DNA from: Pyrinomonadaceae bacterium
GTDB lineage: Bacteria; Acidobacteriota; Blastocatellia; Pyrinomonadales; Pyrinomonadaceae
Length of the DNA: 55,871 bases
Direction: 5' to 3'
Assembly: GCA_013816505.1 (NCBI GenBank)
Contig: JACDEG010000001.1
Location: forward strand, 1 to 55,871
Shown here: in pieces, positions 18,789-26,571 of the stretch
Layout: every line of letters begins with the position of its first letter
Numbering within the stretch: the first letter of the stretch is position 1
Translations under genes and position numbers: made by a program
The notes under the pieces: generated by a model
Seen by the model: the letters and a program-made list of their open reading frames with translations, nothing else
Databases searched by the model: none
Told to the model about the DNA's origin: nothing

Positions 18789-20426
18789 ATGGGTCGATCA
18801 CTTCGCGTTAGCTGTTTCGTTGTTCTGCTCAGTCTCAGTCTGCTTGCGTCCGGCGCCGCACAGACCACAGCGACATTCATTAACCCTGTCATCCCCGGCG
18901 ATTATCCAGACCCATCGGTGATTCGCGTCGGGCGTGACTATTGGGCGACGGCGACTTCAGGTGACTGGGCACCACATTTCCCCATTCTGCATTCGCGCGA
19001 TTTGGTTAACTGGCGAACAATCGGCGCGGTCTTTACGAAGTCGCCCGCGTGGGCCGCACGAAATTTCTGGGCGCCCGAAATCATCAAAGACAGAGGACGG
19101 TTTTTTGTTTACTACACGGCGCGAAAAAAAGGCGGGCCGCTGTGCGTCGCGGTCGCCACCGCCAGTAAACCAACGGGGCCGTACACGGACCACGGCCCGC
19201 TCGTGTGTCAGGAGGCTGGCTCGATAGACGCCTTCATGGTGAGGGACGAACATGGCCGCCCGTATTTAATCTGGAAAGAGGATGGCAACAGCCGCAACCA
19301 GCCGACGCCGCTCTGGGCGCAACGCCTCTCAGAGAGTGGGACGAACTTGATCGGCGAACCAACAGTGATTCTGCGTAACGACGCGCCGTGGGAGAGACAC
19401 GTCGTCGAAGGCTCGTTCATCATCAGACGCGGCGGCTGGTTCTATCACTTCTATTCGGGCAACGCTTGTTGTGGTCGCGAGTGCCGGTATGCGTCGGGTG
19501 TGGCCCGCGCGAGAAAACTTTTGGGGCCGTGGGAAAAGAACCCGGCGAACCCGATTCTCGCCGCCAACGAGCAGTGGCAGTGTCCGGGGCACGGCAGCAT
19601 CGTCACCGACCACCGCGGGCGAGACTTCCTTCTGTACCACTCGTATCGTCAACGCCGCGATACGTTCAATGTCGGACGCGAAGCGTTGCTCGACGAAATC
19701 AGGTGGAACGCGGACGGTTGGCCGAGCATCAACGGTGGTGAGGGGCCGAGCCGAATCGCAGACGCGCCTGCATCGCTCGGTGAGCGTCACCTGAACGCGC
19801 AAATTTTTGACGACTTCGATGGACCTCGACTGGATTTATCCTGGCAATGGCCGCTTGCCAACAAACAGTCCGCGCGCATCGAGACAGCGCGGCGGGGCAA
19901 TCGGCTCAGGCTCGCGCCCGTCGTCGACGTCGCTGGTGACGACTTCACGGACGCAGTTCTCGGACGGCGGACGACTTCCGGCGATTACACCGCGACGACG
20001 TTGATTGACACTCACGGAATGAAACCGGGGGCGCGCGCCGGTCTGTGTGCTTACAGTTGGCGCGGCAGCGCGGTCGGGGCGGCCATTGGTGGCGGGAAGA
20101 TTGACGTGTGGCGGCGCAGGAACGGGAAGGAAGAGAGACTCGCGGCGGTGGATGCTCCTGATGTCAGACACGTCAATTTGCGGATGACGGCGAGCGACGG
20201 CAAGTCGTTCCGCTTCGCCTTTAGCACCGACGGGCGTGAGTGGAAAGAGTTAAGCGAGCCGGTCGCGGGCGGCCACGTCGAAGGCGCGCGCATTGCGTTG
20301 ACGGCGGGCGGAAATCGGGGCGCGGCGGCAAACTTTGAGTGGATCCGAATCATGCCGGCGGTGCGTCCGGGTGCGGGGGATGGATTCACCGCGGAGAACG
20401 CAGAGGGCGCAGAGAAATACAAGTAG
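18789..20426 (+). CDS. GH43 paralog inserted between the two permease genes
   Basis: A signal peptide follows ATG 18789. GDYPDPSVIRVGRDYWATATSGDWAPHFPILHSRDLVNW is near-identical to 13241..14842, with identical nucleotide runs such as gggccgctgtgcgtcgcggtcgccaccgcc. The last 13 codons and the stop lie in hairpin element F. Confidence 0.85.
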   Translation: MGRSLRVSCFVVLLSLSLLASGAAQTTATFINPVIPGDYPDPSVIRVGRDYWATATSGDWAPHFPILHSRDLVNWRTIGAVFTKSPAWAARNFWAPEIIKDRGRFFVYYTARKKGGPLCVAVATASKPTGPYTDHGPLVCQEAGSIDAFMVRDEHGRPYLIWKEDGNSRNQPTPLWAQRLSESGTNLIGEPTVILRNDAPWERHVVEGSFIIRRGGWFYHFYSGNACCGRECRYASGVARARKLLGPWEKNPANPILAANEQWQCPGHGSIVTDHRGRDFLLYHSYRQRRDTFNVGREALLDEIRWNADGWPSINGGEGPSRIADAPASLGERHLNAQIFDDFDGPRLDLSWQWPLANKQSARIETARRGNRLRLAPVVDVAGDDFTDAVLGRRTTSGDYTATTLIDTHGMKPGARAGLCAYSWRGSAVGAAIGGGKIDVWRRRNGKEERLAAVDAPDVRHVNLRMTASDGKSFRFAFSTDGREWKELSEPVAGGHVEGARIALTAGGNRGAAANFEWIRIMPAVRPGAGDGFTAENAEGAEKYK

Positions 20427-20606
20427 GAAGGCAAAAGTAAAAAGGGAACAGGCAAAAGTGAAAGCCACCGAGGAACAGATGTGAGATGTTAGATGCTGGA
20501 TGTTAGTCAAGATGCGCAGGTGTTCTGTCCAACATCTGACATCCGACATCTGACATCAGCAATTGTTTTCCTCTCTCTCCGCGTTCTCCGCGTCCTCTCG
20601 CGGTGA
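20386..20606. repeat. Composite hairpin element F (outer GAGAACGCA-type arms, inner GATGTTA-type heptamer arms, internal direct repeats)
   Basis: Outer tcaccgcggagaacgcagagggcgcagagaaa (20386-20417) faces ctctctctccgcgttctccgcgtcctctcgcggtga (20571-20606). Inner gatgtgagatgttagatgctggatgttag (20478-20506) faces ccaacatctgacatccgacatctgacatc (20529-20557). ggcaaaagt(a/g)aaa occurs as a direct repeat twice. Confidence 0.7.
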
Positions 20607-20630
20607 AATGATTTTTCGGGAGATTGAAGT

Positions 20631-21656
20631 ATGAGCCAGGTCGGGACGACGATTGAGCACGGTTCTACGCGCGGCACCGTCGCGCGCGCGAAGTTCGCTT
20701 CATTCATCCAGCGGCAGGGCGCACTGATCGCATTGCTGCTGGTGTGCGTCGTCGCCGCGTTGCGCTACGAAAGATTTCTGACGGACGCGAATTTGACGAA
20801 CATCCTGCGGCAGAACAGTTGGCCGGGTCTCGTCGCGCTCGGCATGACGTTTGTGATCTTAACCGGCGGCATTGATCTGTCGGTCGGGTCGCTGCTCGCT
20901 GTCGCGGGCGTCGTCGCCGCATATCTTTCGGGGCAGGGCTTAATCGTCGCATTGCTCGCGGGCGTCGGGGTGGCAACCGTGCTCGGTCTCATCAACGGCG
21001 TGGTGATCGCGAAGGCCCGCATCCAGCCGTTCATCGTCACACTGGCGATGATGATTGCGGCGCGCGGGTTGGCGCTCGTCGTCACGAGCGAAGACTCGGT
21101 GCCGGTCAGCCGTCAGGCCACAGACTTCGCGTGGCTCGGGCAGGGCAGTCTCGCGACCCTGTACATCCCCGGCATCAATTTCGACTTTCCGCTGTACATC
21201 CCGGTGTTGATCTTAATCGCGGCCTTCGTCGTCGGGTGGGTCGGGCTGAATCACACGCGCTTCGGGCGGCACGTCTTCGCGCTCGGCGACAACGAAGAGG
21301 CGGCGCGATTGATGGGGCTGAACGTCAATCGCACGACCATCGGCGTCTACACGTTGAGCGGGGCGATGGCGGGTTTGGCGGGCGTGATTCTCGCTTCAAG
21401 ACAGGGGACGGGGCAGCCGACGGCGGGGGTCGGCGCGGAACTCGACGCGATTGCGGCGGTGGTCGTCGGCGGCACGCTGTTGACCGGCGGGCAGGGTGGC
21501 GTCGGTTCGACATTGGTCGGCGTGCTGCTGCTCGGCGTGATTTATAATCTGTTCAACCTCGAAGGCACGATCAGCTCGTGGTGGCAGTGGGTCTTGCGCG
21601 GCGTGTTTCTGCTCGCGGTGGTAATCGTGCAGAACCGTCTGAGCGCGCGCAAGTGA
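20631..21656 (+). CDS. yjfF: Sugar ABC transporter permease (YjfF-like)
   Basis: GMTFVILTGGIDLSVGSLLAVAG, GVGAELDAIAAVVVGGTLLTGGQGGVGSTLVG and EGTISSWWQWV align with the remembered YjfF segments GMTFVILSGGIDLSVGS and DGTLSSWWTKI. Confidence 0.8.
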   Translation: MSQVGTTIEHGSTRGTVARAKFASFIQRQGALIALLLVCVVAALRYERFLTDANLTNILRQNSWPGLVALGMTFVILTGGIDLSVGSLLAVAGVVAAYLSGQGLIVALLAGVGVATVLGLINGVVIAKARIQPFIVTLAMMIAARGLALVVTSEDSVPVSRQATDFAWLGQGSLATLYIPGINFDFPLYIPVLILIAAFVVGWVGLNHTRFGRHVFALGDNEEAARLMGLNVNRTTIGVYTLSGAMAGLAGVILASRQGTGQPTAGVGAELDAIAAVVVGGTLLTGGQGGVGSTLVGVLLLGVIYNLFNLEGTISSWWQWVLRGVFLLAVVIVQNRLSARK

Positions 21657-21696
21657 ATTCGTTGACGTACTCTTCTCAGTATGACGTTCAGGAACA

Positions 21697-23514
21697 ATGG
21701 AAACTTTACAAACAACAGTCCCGCGGCCTGAGTACCCGCGCCCACAATTCGTCCGTCGCCAATGGTTGAACCTCAACGGCGAGTGGGAGTTCGCCTTCGA
21801 CGATGCCGAGCAAGGTATTCAGAACAATTGGCACGACGGCCGCGTGCTGCCTAAGCGGATCACCGTCCCGTACCCGTACCAGTGTGAACTCTCCGGCATT
21901 AATGACAAAGGCGTTCACGAAATGGTCTGGTACGCGCGCACTTTCGAGGTGCCGCACGAGTGGCGCGGACAGGACATACTTTTACACTTCGGCGCGGTCG
22001 ATTATCTCGCAATCGCATGGATCAACGGCGAAGAGGTCGGGAACAACCGGGGCGGGCATGTGCCTTTCCTGTTCGAAATCGCCCCTTACTTGCGCGACGG
22101 CGAGAACCGTTTGACCGTGCGCGTCATCGACCGGCAAGACGCGCACAAGCCGCGCGGCAAGCAATCGACCAGCGGGGTGCCACATGATATCGATTATTAC
22201 TGCACGACTGGTATCTGGCAGACAGTGTGGCTGGAACCTGCCCCTTCAATCCGCATCGAAGAGGTGAGGATCACGCCGCATGCCGAGAGGGGCGCGGTTG
22301 AGATGAGCGTCTATCTGCACGCCCCGGCCGCCGCGCGAAGGTTGGAGGCCGAGGCGCTCGATGGTATCCAAGTTGTGGCGCGCGCCGAAGAAATGACCGC
22401 CGCTGCTGCCGGCTGGCTGACGCTAAACATCCCCTATCCAAAGCTGTGGTCGACGGAATCGCCGCACCTCTATGACTTGCGTATCAGGCTTTACGAGGAC
22501 GACAAGCTGATTGATGAGATCGGGTCTTACGCGGGCCTCCGCAGTGTCGAACTGCGCGACGGTCGCGTGGTGCTGAACGGCAAGCCGACCTACCTGGCGA
22601 TGGTGCTCGATCAAGGGTACTGGCCTGAGAGTTACATGGCCGCGCCTTCGGACGAGGCGCTCCGGGCAGATGTGGAGTGGATCAAACGTTTCGGCTTCAA
22701 TGGGGCGCGCAAGCACCAGAAGATCGAAGACCCGCGCTGGCTCTACTGGTGCGACCGCCTCGGACTATTGGTGTGGGAGGAGATGCCGAATGCGCGCGCG
22801 TGGTCGTCAGACGCCGAGGAGCGTTTGGCGAATGAATGGAGGCGTGCAGTGCGTCGCGACTACAACCACCCGTCGATCATCGCGTGGGTGCCAGTCAACG
22901 AAAGCATGGGCTTCCCCGGACTGGAGCGAAACCACCCGGGGCAGTACGCTTTCATCGAGCGGATGGTCTCTGCGACGCGGCGAATCGACCCGAAGCGTCC
23001 CATCATCGACAACGATGGGTGGGAACATAGTGATGTGACCGACATCTTAGCGATTCACGACTACACGCCGACCGGCGAAGGGCTGCGCGCGCGCTACCGT
23101 GAGACTTTAGAAGGCGGGTCGTTGCCCCCGACGGCGTGGTTGGAAAACAAGCCGCTGTTCGTGCTCGGCTCCTGCTATCGTGGACAACCGGTGATGCTGA
23201 CCGAAGTCGGCGGGTTCCTGATGGAGCCGTCGGATGTACCCGAAGAGAAGCTCGATATGCTGTACCAGTTCTACGGCTCTGTTCGTTCGCGCGATGAGTT
23301 GCTGGCGAAGTACCGCGACTTGATGGAGGGCATTGCCTCGCTCCACTTCCTCGCCGGATTCTGCTACACGCAACTGACCGACATCGAGCAGGAGTCGAAC
23401 GGATTGCTGACTTACGACCGGAAGCCGAAGTTCGCCCCGGAGCTAATCGCGGAAATTCATCGCGAGCTTCTCAGTCTCGATGCACGACAGCAGGGAGGAG
23501 GACAAGATGTCTAA
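21697..23514 (+). CDS. GH2 paralog (no obvious signal peptide)
   Basis: VPRPEYPRPQFVRRQWLNLNGEWEFAFDD, FGAVDYLAIAWINGEEVG, YNHPSIIAWVPVNES and VMLTEVGG are present. It is collinear with 7706..9559. Confidence 0.8.
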   Translation: METLQTTVPRPEYPRPQFVRRQWLNLNGEWEFAFDDAEQGIQNNWHDGRVLPKRITVPYPYQCELSGINDKGVHEMVWYARTFEVPHEWRGQDILLHFGAVDYLAIAWINGEEVGNNRGGHVPFLFEIAPYLRDGENRLTVRVIDRQDAHKPRGKQSTSGVPHDIDYYCTTGIWQTVWLEPAPSIRIEEVRITPHAERGAVEMSVYLHAPAAARRLEAEALDGIQVVARAEEMTAAAAGWLTLNIPYPKLWSTESPHLYDLRIRLYEDDKLIDEIGSYAGLRSVELRDGRVVLNGKPTYLAMVLDQGYWPESYMAAPSDEALRADVEWIKRFGFNGARKHQKIEDPRWLYWCDRLGLLVWEEMPNARAWSSDAEERLANEWRRAVRRDYNHPSIIAWVPVNESMGFPGLERNHPGQYAFIERMVSATRRIDPKRPIIDNDGWEHSDVTDILAIHDYTPTGEGLRARYRETLEGGSLPPTAWLENKPLFVLGSCYRGQPVMLTEVGGFLMEPSDVPEEKLDMLYQFYGSVRSRDELLAKYRDLMEGIASLHFLAGFCYTQLTDIEQESNGLLTYDRKPKFAPELIAEIHRELLSLDARQQGGGQDV

Positions 23515-24310
23515 TGGTCGTTACGACAAAACGGAAATCGAAGCATTCACGAGAGGGGTTTTAGAGGACGGCTTCTGCGTCCTGCGCGGTCATTTCTCAA
23601 TTGAGAAGCTGATGGCGTGGCGCGTGGCGTTCGGGCCGCTCTTCGAACAGCACGTCGCGCGCGAAGGTCATTTGCAAAACCGTGGGGCTGGGCGCTACTA
23701 CGTCACGCTGCCATTCGCTGAGCCGTTTGCTGACCCGCACTTCTACGAGGACGATGACATCCTGGCCGTCGTTGCAGGACTCGTCGGCGAAGACGCGACG
23801 CTCGTCCAACTGGCGACCGACACGCCGGTGCTTGGCTCGGACTATCAGGACATACATCGCGACGCCCCGCCGCTGTTTCCCGAAGCGGGAATCGAAACGC
23901 CGCCGTTTCAACTCGCCATTAATTTCCCACTCGTCGACGTTGAGATCGAGAATGGCCCATTCGAAGTCGCGCGCGGCACGCACATGATGCCAAAGGCAGA
24001 AGGTATGAAGCTGATTGAGTCAGGAGCGATTAAGCTGGAGCCGATCACGATGCGTCTCGGCGACGTGATGATCCGCGATGTGCGGGGGCTCCATCGCGGC
24101 ACCCCGAACCGCACCCGCATGCCGCGCCCGATGGTCGTCATCGGCTACAGCCGACACTGGCTGCTTCGCCCTGAAGTTTCAATCCGCGTCTCGCGCTCGG
24201 CGTTCGGCGATTTGTCGGAACGCGCCCGTCACTTGCTGCGCTTCAATCCGATTGTCGACGCGCTCGAACAGGAATCGGCGACGGAGGTTTATCAATCGTT
24301 CGCTTACTGA
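23507..24310 (+). CDS. Fe(II)/2-oxoglutarate dioxygenase, phytanoyl-CoA dioxygenase (PhyH)-like
   Basis: It has an HxD motif (DIHRDAPP), a distal His (RGLHRGTPNRT) and a ~270-aa size with PhyH-like layout. ATG 23507 overlaps the GH2 stop (ATGTCTAA). The family call comes from motif memory only. Confidence 0.5.
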   Translation: MSNGRYDKTEIEAFTRGVLEDGFCVLRGHFSIEKLMAWRVAFGPLFEQHVAREGHLQNRGAGRYYVTLPFAEPFADPHFYEDDDILAVVAGLVGEDATLVQLATDTPVLGSDYQDIHRDAPPLFPEAGIETPPFQLAINFPLVDVEIENGPFEVARGTHMMPKAEGMKLIESGAIKLEPITMRLGDVMIRDVRGLHRGTPNRTRMPRPMVVIGYSRHWLLRPEVSIRVSRSAFGDLSERARHLLRFNPIVDALEQESATEVYQSFAY

Positions 24311-24395
24311 TACTGAAAGACTCTGAAAAGTATCTTGACGCAAGGAGGGTTGGTGTTATCAGCACGCGACATGAGTGATGCGGAACGGAGAAGGT

Positions 24396-24665
24396 ATGAA
24401 AGAAAGTAAGAGTTCTATTTCAGAGGCACAGTCCTATCAAGAGATTGGCGAGTATTGGGACACGCATGATCTCAGCGAGCAGTGGGAGCAGACCGAGGCA
24501 GTTGAATTTGAGGTAGACATAGAATCAGAGAAGACCTACTACGCTGTCGAAACTGTATTGTCGGCCAAACTGCGCTCGATAGCTGAACGGCAAGGTGTCT
24601 CTGCAGAGACCTTGTTGAATCTGTGGGTCCAGGAGGAAGTGGGAGAAGAGACAATACGCAAGTAA
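24396..24665 (+). CDS. BrnA/CopG-like antitoxin-family small protein (no adjacent toxin gene)
   Basis: EIGEYWDTHDLSEQWEQTEAVEFEVDIE plus a C-terminal RHH-like LRSIAERQGVSAETLLNLWVQE resembles BrnA-type antitoxins. GGAGAAGG lies upstream of the ATG. Local GC is lower. Confidence 0.5.
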   Translation: MKESKSSISEAQSYQEIGEYWDTHDLSEQWEQTEAVEFEVDIESEKTYYAVETVLSAKLRSIAERQGVSAETLLNLWVQEEVGEETIRK

Positions 24666-24697
24666 GCTTTGTGCCAAGCCACGCACATAACACCCAA

Positions 24698-24743
24698 GTT
24701 AAGCTGCCCGATGAGAGCGTAGCGAGCAGCGAATCAGCTTAAC
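24698..24743. terminator. Hairpin between convergent genes (gttaagctg / cagcttaac)
   Basis: It has a 9-bp perfect stem and a 28-nt loop. It sits between the stop at 24665 (+) and the stop at 24751 (-). Confidence 0.4.
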
Positions 24744-24750
24744 GCGCTTG

Positions 24751-25374
24751 TTAACTGGCGGGAACCGCCACAAGCACATACTTTGCGAATCGCTCTACGT
24801 CGGGCAGCGACTTACCAACCACCTTGACCACTAAATCATCCAGCCTAAACATAAGAGTATAGTTCAGATGTCCTTCAAAGGGCGGTGTCACATACGCTTC
24901 GTCACCCAAGTCATGCTTCTGACCTCTCCACTTTCCCCATAGCTCCTCATGCACTAAACGCCCCATCCACAGAACTACGCCTTCGCACGTCCCGGCTTCG
25001 TAGATTTCTACCAGGACCTCCTCCGACTCCCTGTTTTTAGCCTTCCTTTCCCATGAACCTAAGATGATTGCCTTCTCGTCAGGAATCATCGCGCCACAGG
25101 TACAGAGACCAGGTGTAAAATCCCACCCCGGCTCTTTCTCTCTAACCATACGTTCGACTCTGGAAAGGATAGACCTGTCCGCTCTGAGCGAAGAATTCCG
25201 GCACGGCGCGGCCCTCTCTTCTTGCACTTCTGATTTATAAGTCAGTTCGGGATTCTCGTAGCTCAAGGTCGGTGACTCGTAAGGAATAAAGAAGAATAGG
25301 TGGTAAGAAGCTACTCCCACGAGAAAAGAAAGAGCAACCGCCATCAATCTCAAGATAATGTTTCGCATACGCAA
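24751..25374 (-). CDS. Hypothetical membrane-anchored protein
   Basis: It is a 207-aa ORF with one N-terminal TM helix (ILRLMAVALSFLVGVASYHLFFFI). I recognise no family. GC is lower than the surroundings. Confidence 0.5.
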   Translation of the reverse strand: MRMRNIILRLMAVALSFLVGVASYHLFFFIPYESPTLSYENPELTYKSEVQEERAAPCRNSSLRADRSILSRVERMVREKEPGWDFTPGLCTCGAMIPDEKAIILGSWERKAKNRESEEVLVEIYEAGTCEGVVLWMGRLVHEELWGKWRGQKHDLGDEAYVTPPFEGHLNYTLMFRLDDLVVKVVGKSLPDVERFAKYVLVAVPAS

Positions 25375-25569
25375 AGCACACCTCGTAAATTTTGTTGAGC
25401 AGGTTAGCAGGAGATTTGTGACCCACCAATAAGCAAGCCAACTAACAAATCGTTGGACGCGAGGCGGAAACAGTTACCTTTATCAAACGTCGCCGCTGAA
25501 ATTTTACGTTGTGTGTAATCGGTTTTCGCCCGCGCCAATTCAATCGTTATAAATCGTACCGGACGCGAA

Positions 25570-26247
25570 TCACAAAGTGAACGGCCCGTAGAACGCGCTG
25601 TTCTCGTGACCGCGCTCCCATGCCTCGCCGAGGACGCCGCCGGAGTAAGTGACTTTTGAAGTGTAGCCAACCTTACGATCTTTGACGGGAACGAGCGGCG
25701 CGTACCAAACCAGATGCGGCATCTTGCAGCACTCTTTGTTTGGCATCGCGTCGACGTTCAGCGAAGCAAAGCCCACCGCTTCCACCCGGTAGGAATCTTT
25801 CACGTGACGGAAAGTGACCGGCGCACGATGCACCGATGTGACCTGCCCGAACGAAGATGCGTACTTCTTCTCAAGCACACGGACGAAGGCGGCGGCTTGC
25901 GCCTCGCTCGCGGAGGTGTCGATGGTCACCTCCATGCGGCGCAGAGCGTCGGTCGACAGCAGCGTGTCGTCGGAGGTGACGACCGCGATGGCGCGCACGC
26001 CCGCCAAATCAACACCGTTCCATTTACCTGAGGTCACGTTCCAGGCTACGACGGCGTCGCGCCCGGTGGTCACAACCTCGCCGTTGAAGTGGCATGCGCC
26101 GGCGAACACGCTCGCCGTTCTGGCTTCGACGTAATCACCGCTGATCGTCGTAGTCGTCGGCTCAGACGCGAACGCGACGAGTGACGCGCACACGATAAAG
26201 AGCGCCGCTGCTAAAATCTGAAATCTTCTCATCGTACTTCTCCTCAT
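25570..26247 (-). CDS. Secreted hypothetical protein (last gene of Mo-hydroxylase operon)
   Basis: The signal peptide is MRRFQILAAALFIVCASLVAFASE. The segment SGDYVEARTASVFAGACHFNGE...GKWNGVDLAGV is loosely reminiscent of DUF1326-type proteins, which is very tentative. It is on the same strand as, and close to, the upstream genes. Confidence 0.55.
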   Translation of the reverse strand: MRRSTMRRFQILAAALFIVCASLVAFASEPTTTTISGDYVEARTASVFAGACHFNGEVVTTGRDAVVAWNVTSGKWNGVDLAGVRAIAVVTSDDTLLSTDALRRMEVTIDTSASEAQAAAFVRVLEKKYASSFGQVTSVHRAPVTFRHVKDSYRVEAVGFASLNVDAMPNKECCKMPHLVWYAPLVPVKDRKVGYTSKVTYSGGVLGEAWERGHENSAFYGPFTL

Positions 26248-26274
26248 TTAAAGCTGTGTGAATAAGTTGAACTC

Positions 26275-26547
26275 TTAAGCGAATGCCGACTGGTAGCACG
26301 AGCGAGTGGGCACGCACTGGTCGGGGTGAACTCTGCCGCCGTCCGGCCCGATCACCTGCTGCGTATCATAACACCAACAGTGGTTGCTGCTGTCCATGTA
26401 CTGGTCGGCGTCAGTCGCCAGGGCGTCGAACATAAAGAACTTTTTCGACCGCAGTTGATGGCAGAACGGGCTTTCGGGCACGACCGTTTCAGACGCGTCC
26501 GCCGCGTTCGCTGTTGGCTCTTCGACCTGAGACGTTTCGTTTGTCAT
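26275..26547 (-). CDS. Small Cys-rich conserved hypothetical protein
   Basis: It is 90 aa and has spaced cysteines (FCHQLRSKKFF...HCWCYDTQQVIGPDGG...DQCVPTRSCY). It starts 24 nt after the FAD-subunit stop. Confidence 0.55.
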   Translation of the reverse strand: MTNETSQVEEPTANAADASETVVPESPFCHQLRSKKFFMFDALATDADQYMDSSNHCWCYDTQQVIGPDGGRVHPDQCVPTRSCYQSAFA

Positions 26548-26571
26548 AAATCGATTCGACCTCCTCTTCGA

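Noticed and set aside
7490-20606. Whether the repeated palindromic elements form a CRISPR array
   Set aside because: There is no regularly spaced identical direct repeat with unique spacers. The elements are separated by kilobases of genes, differ in sequence, and no cas genes are present.
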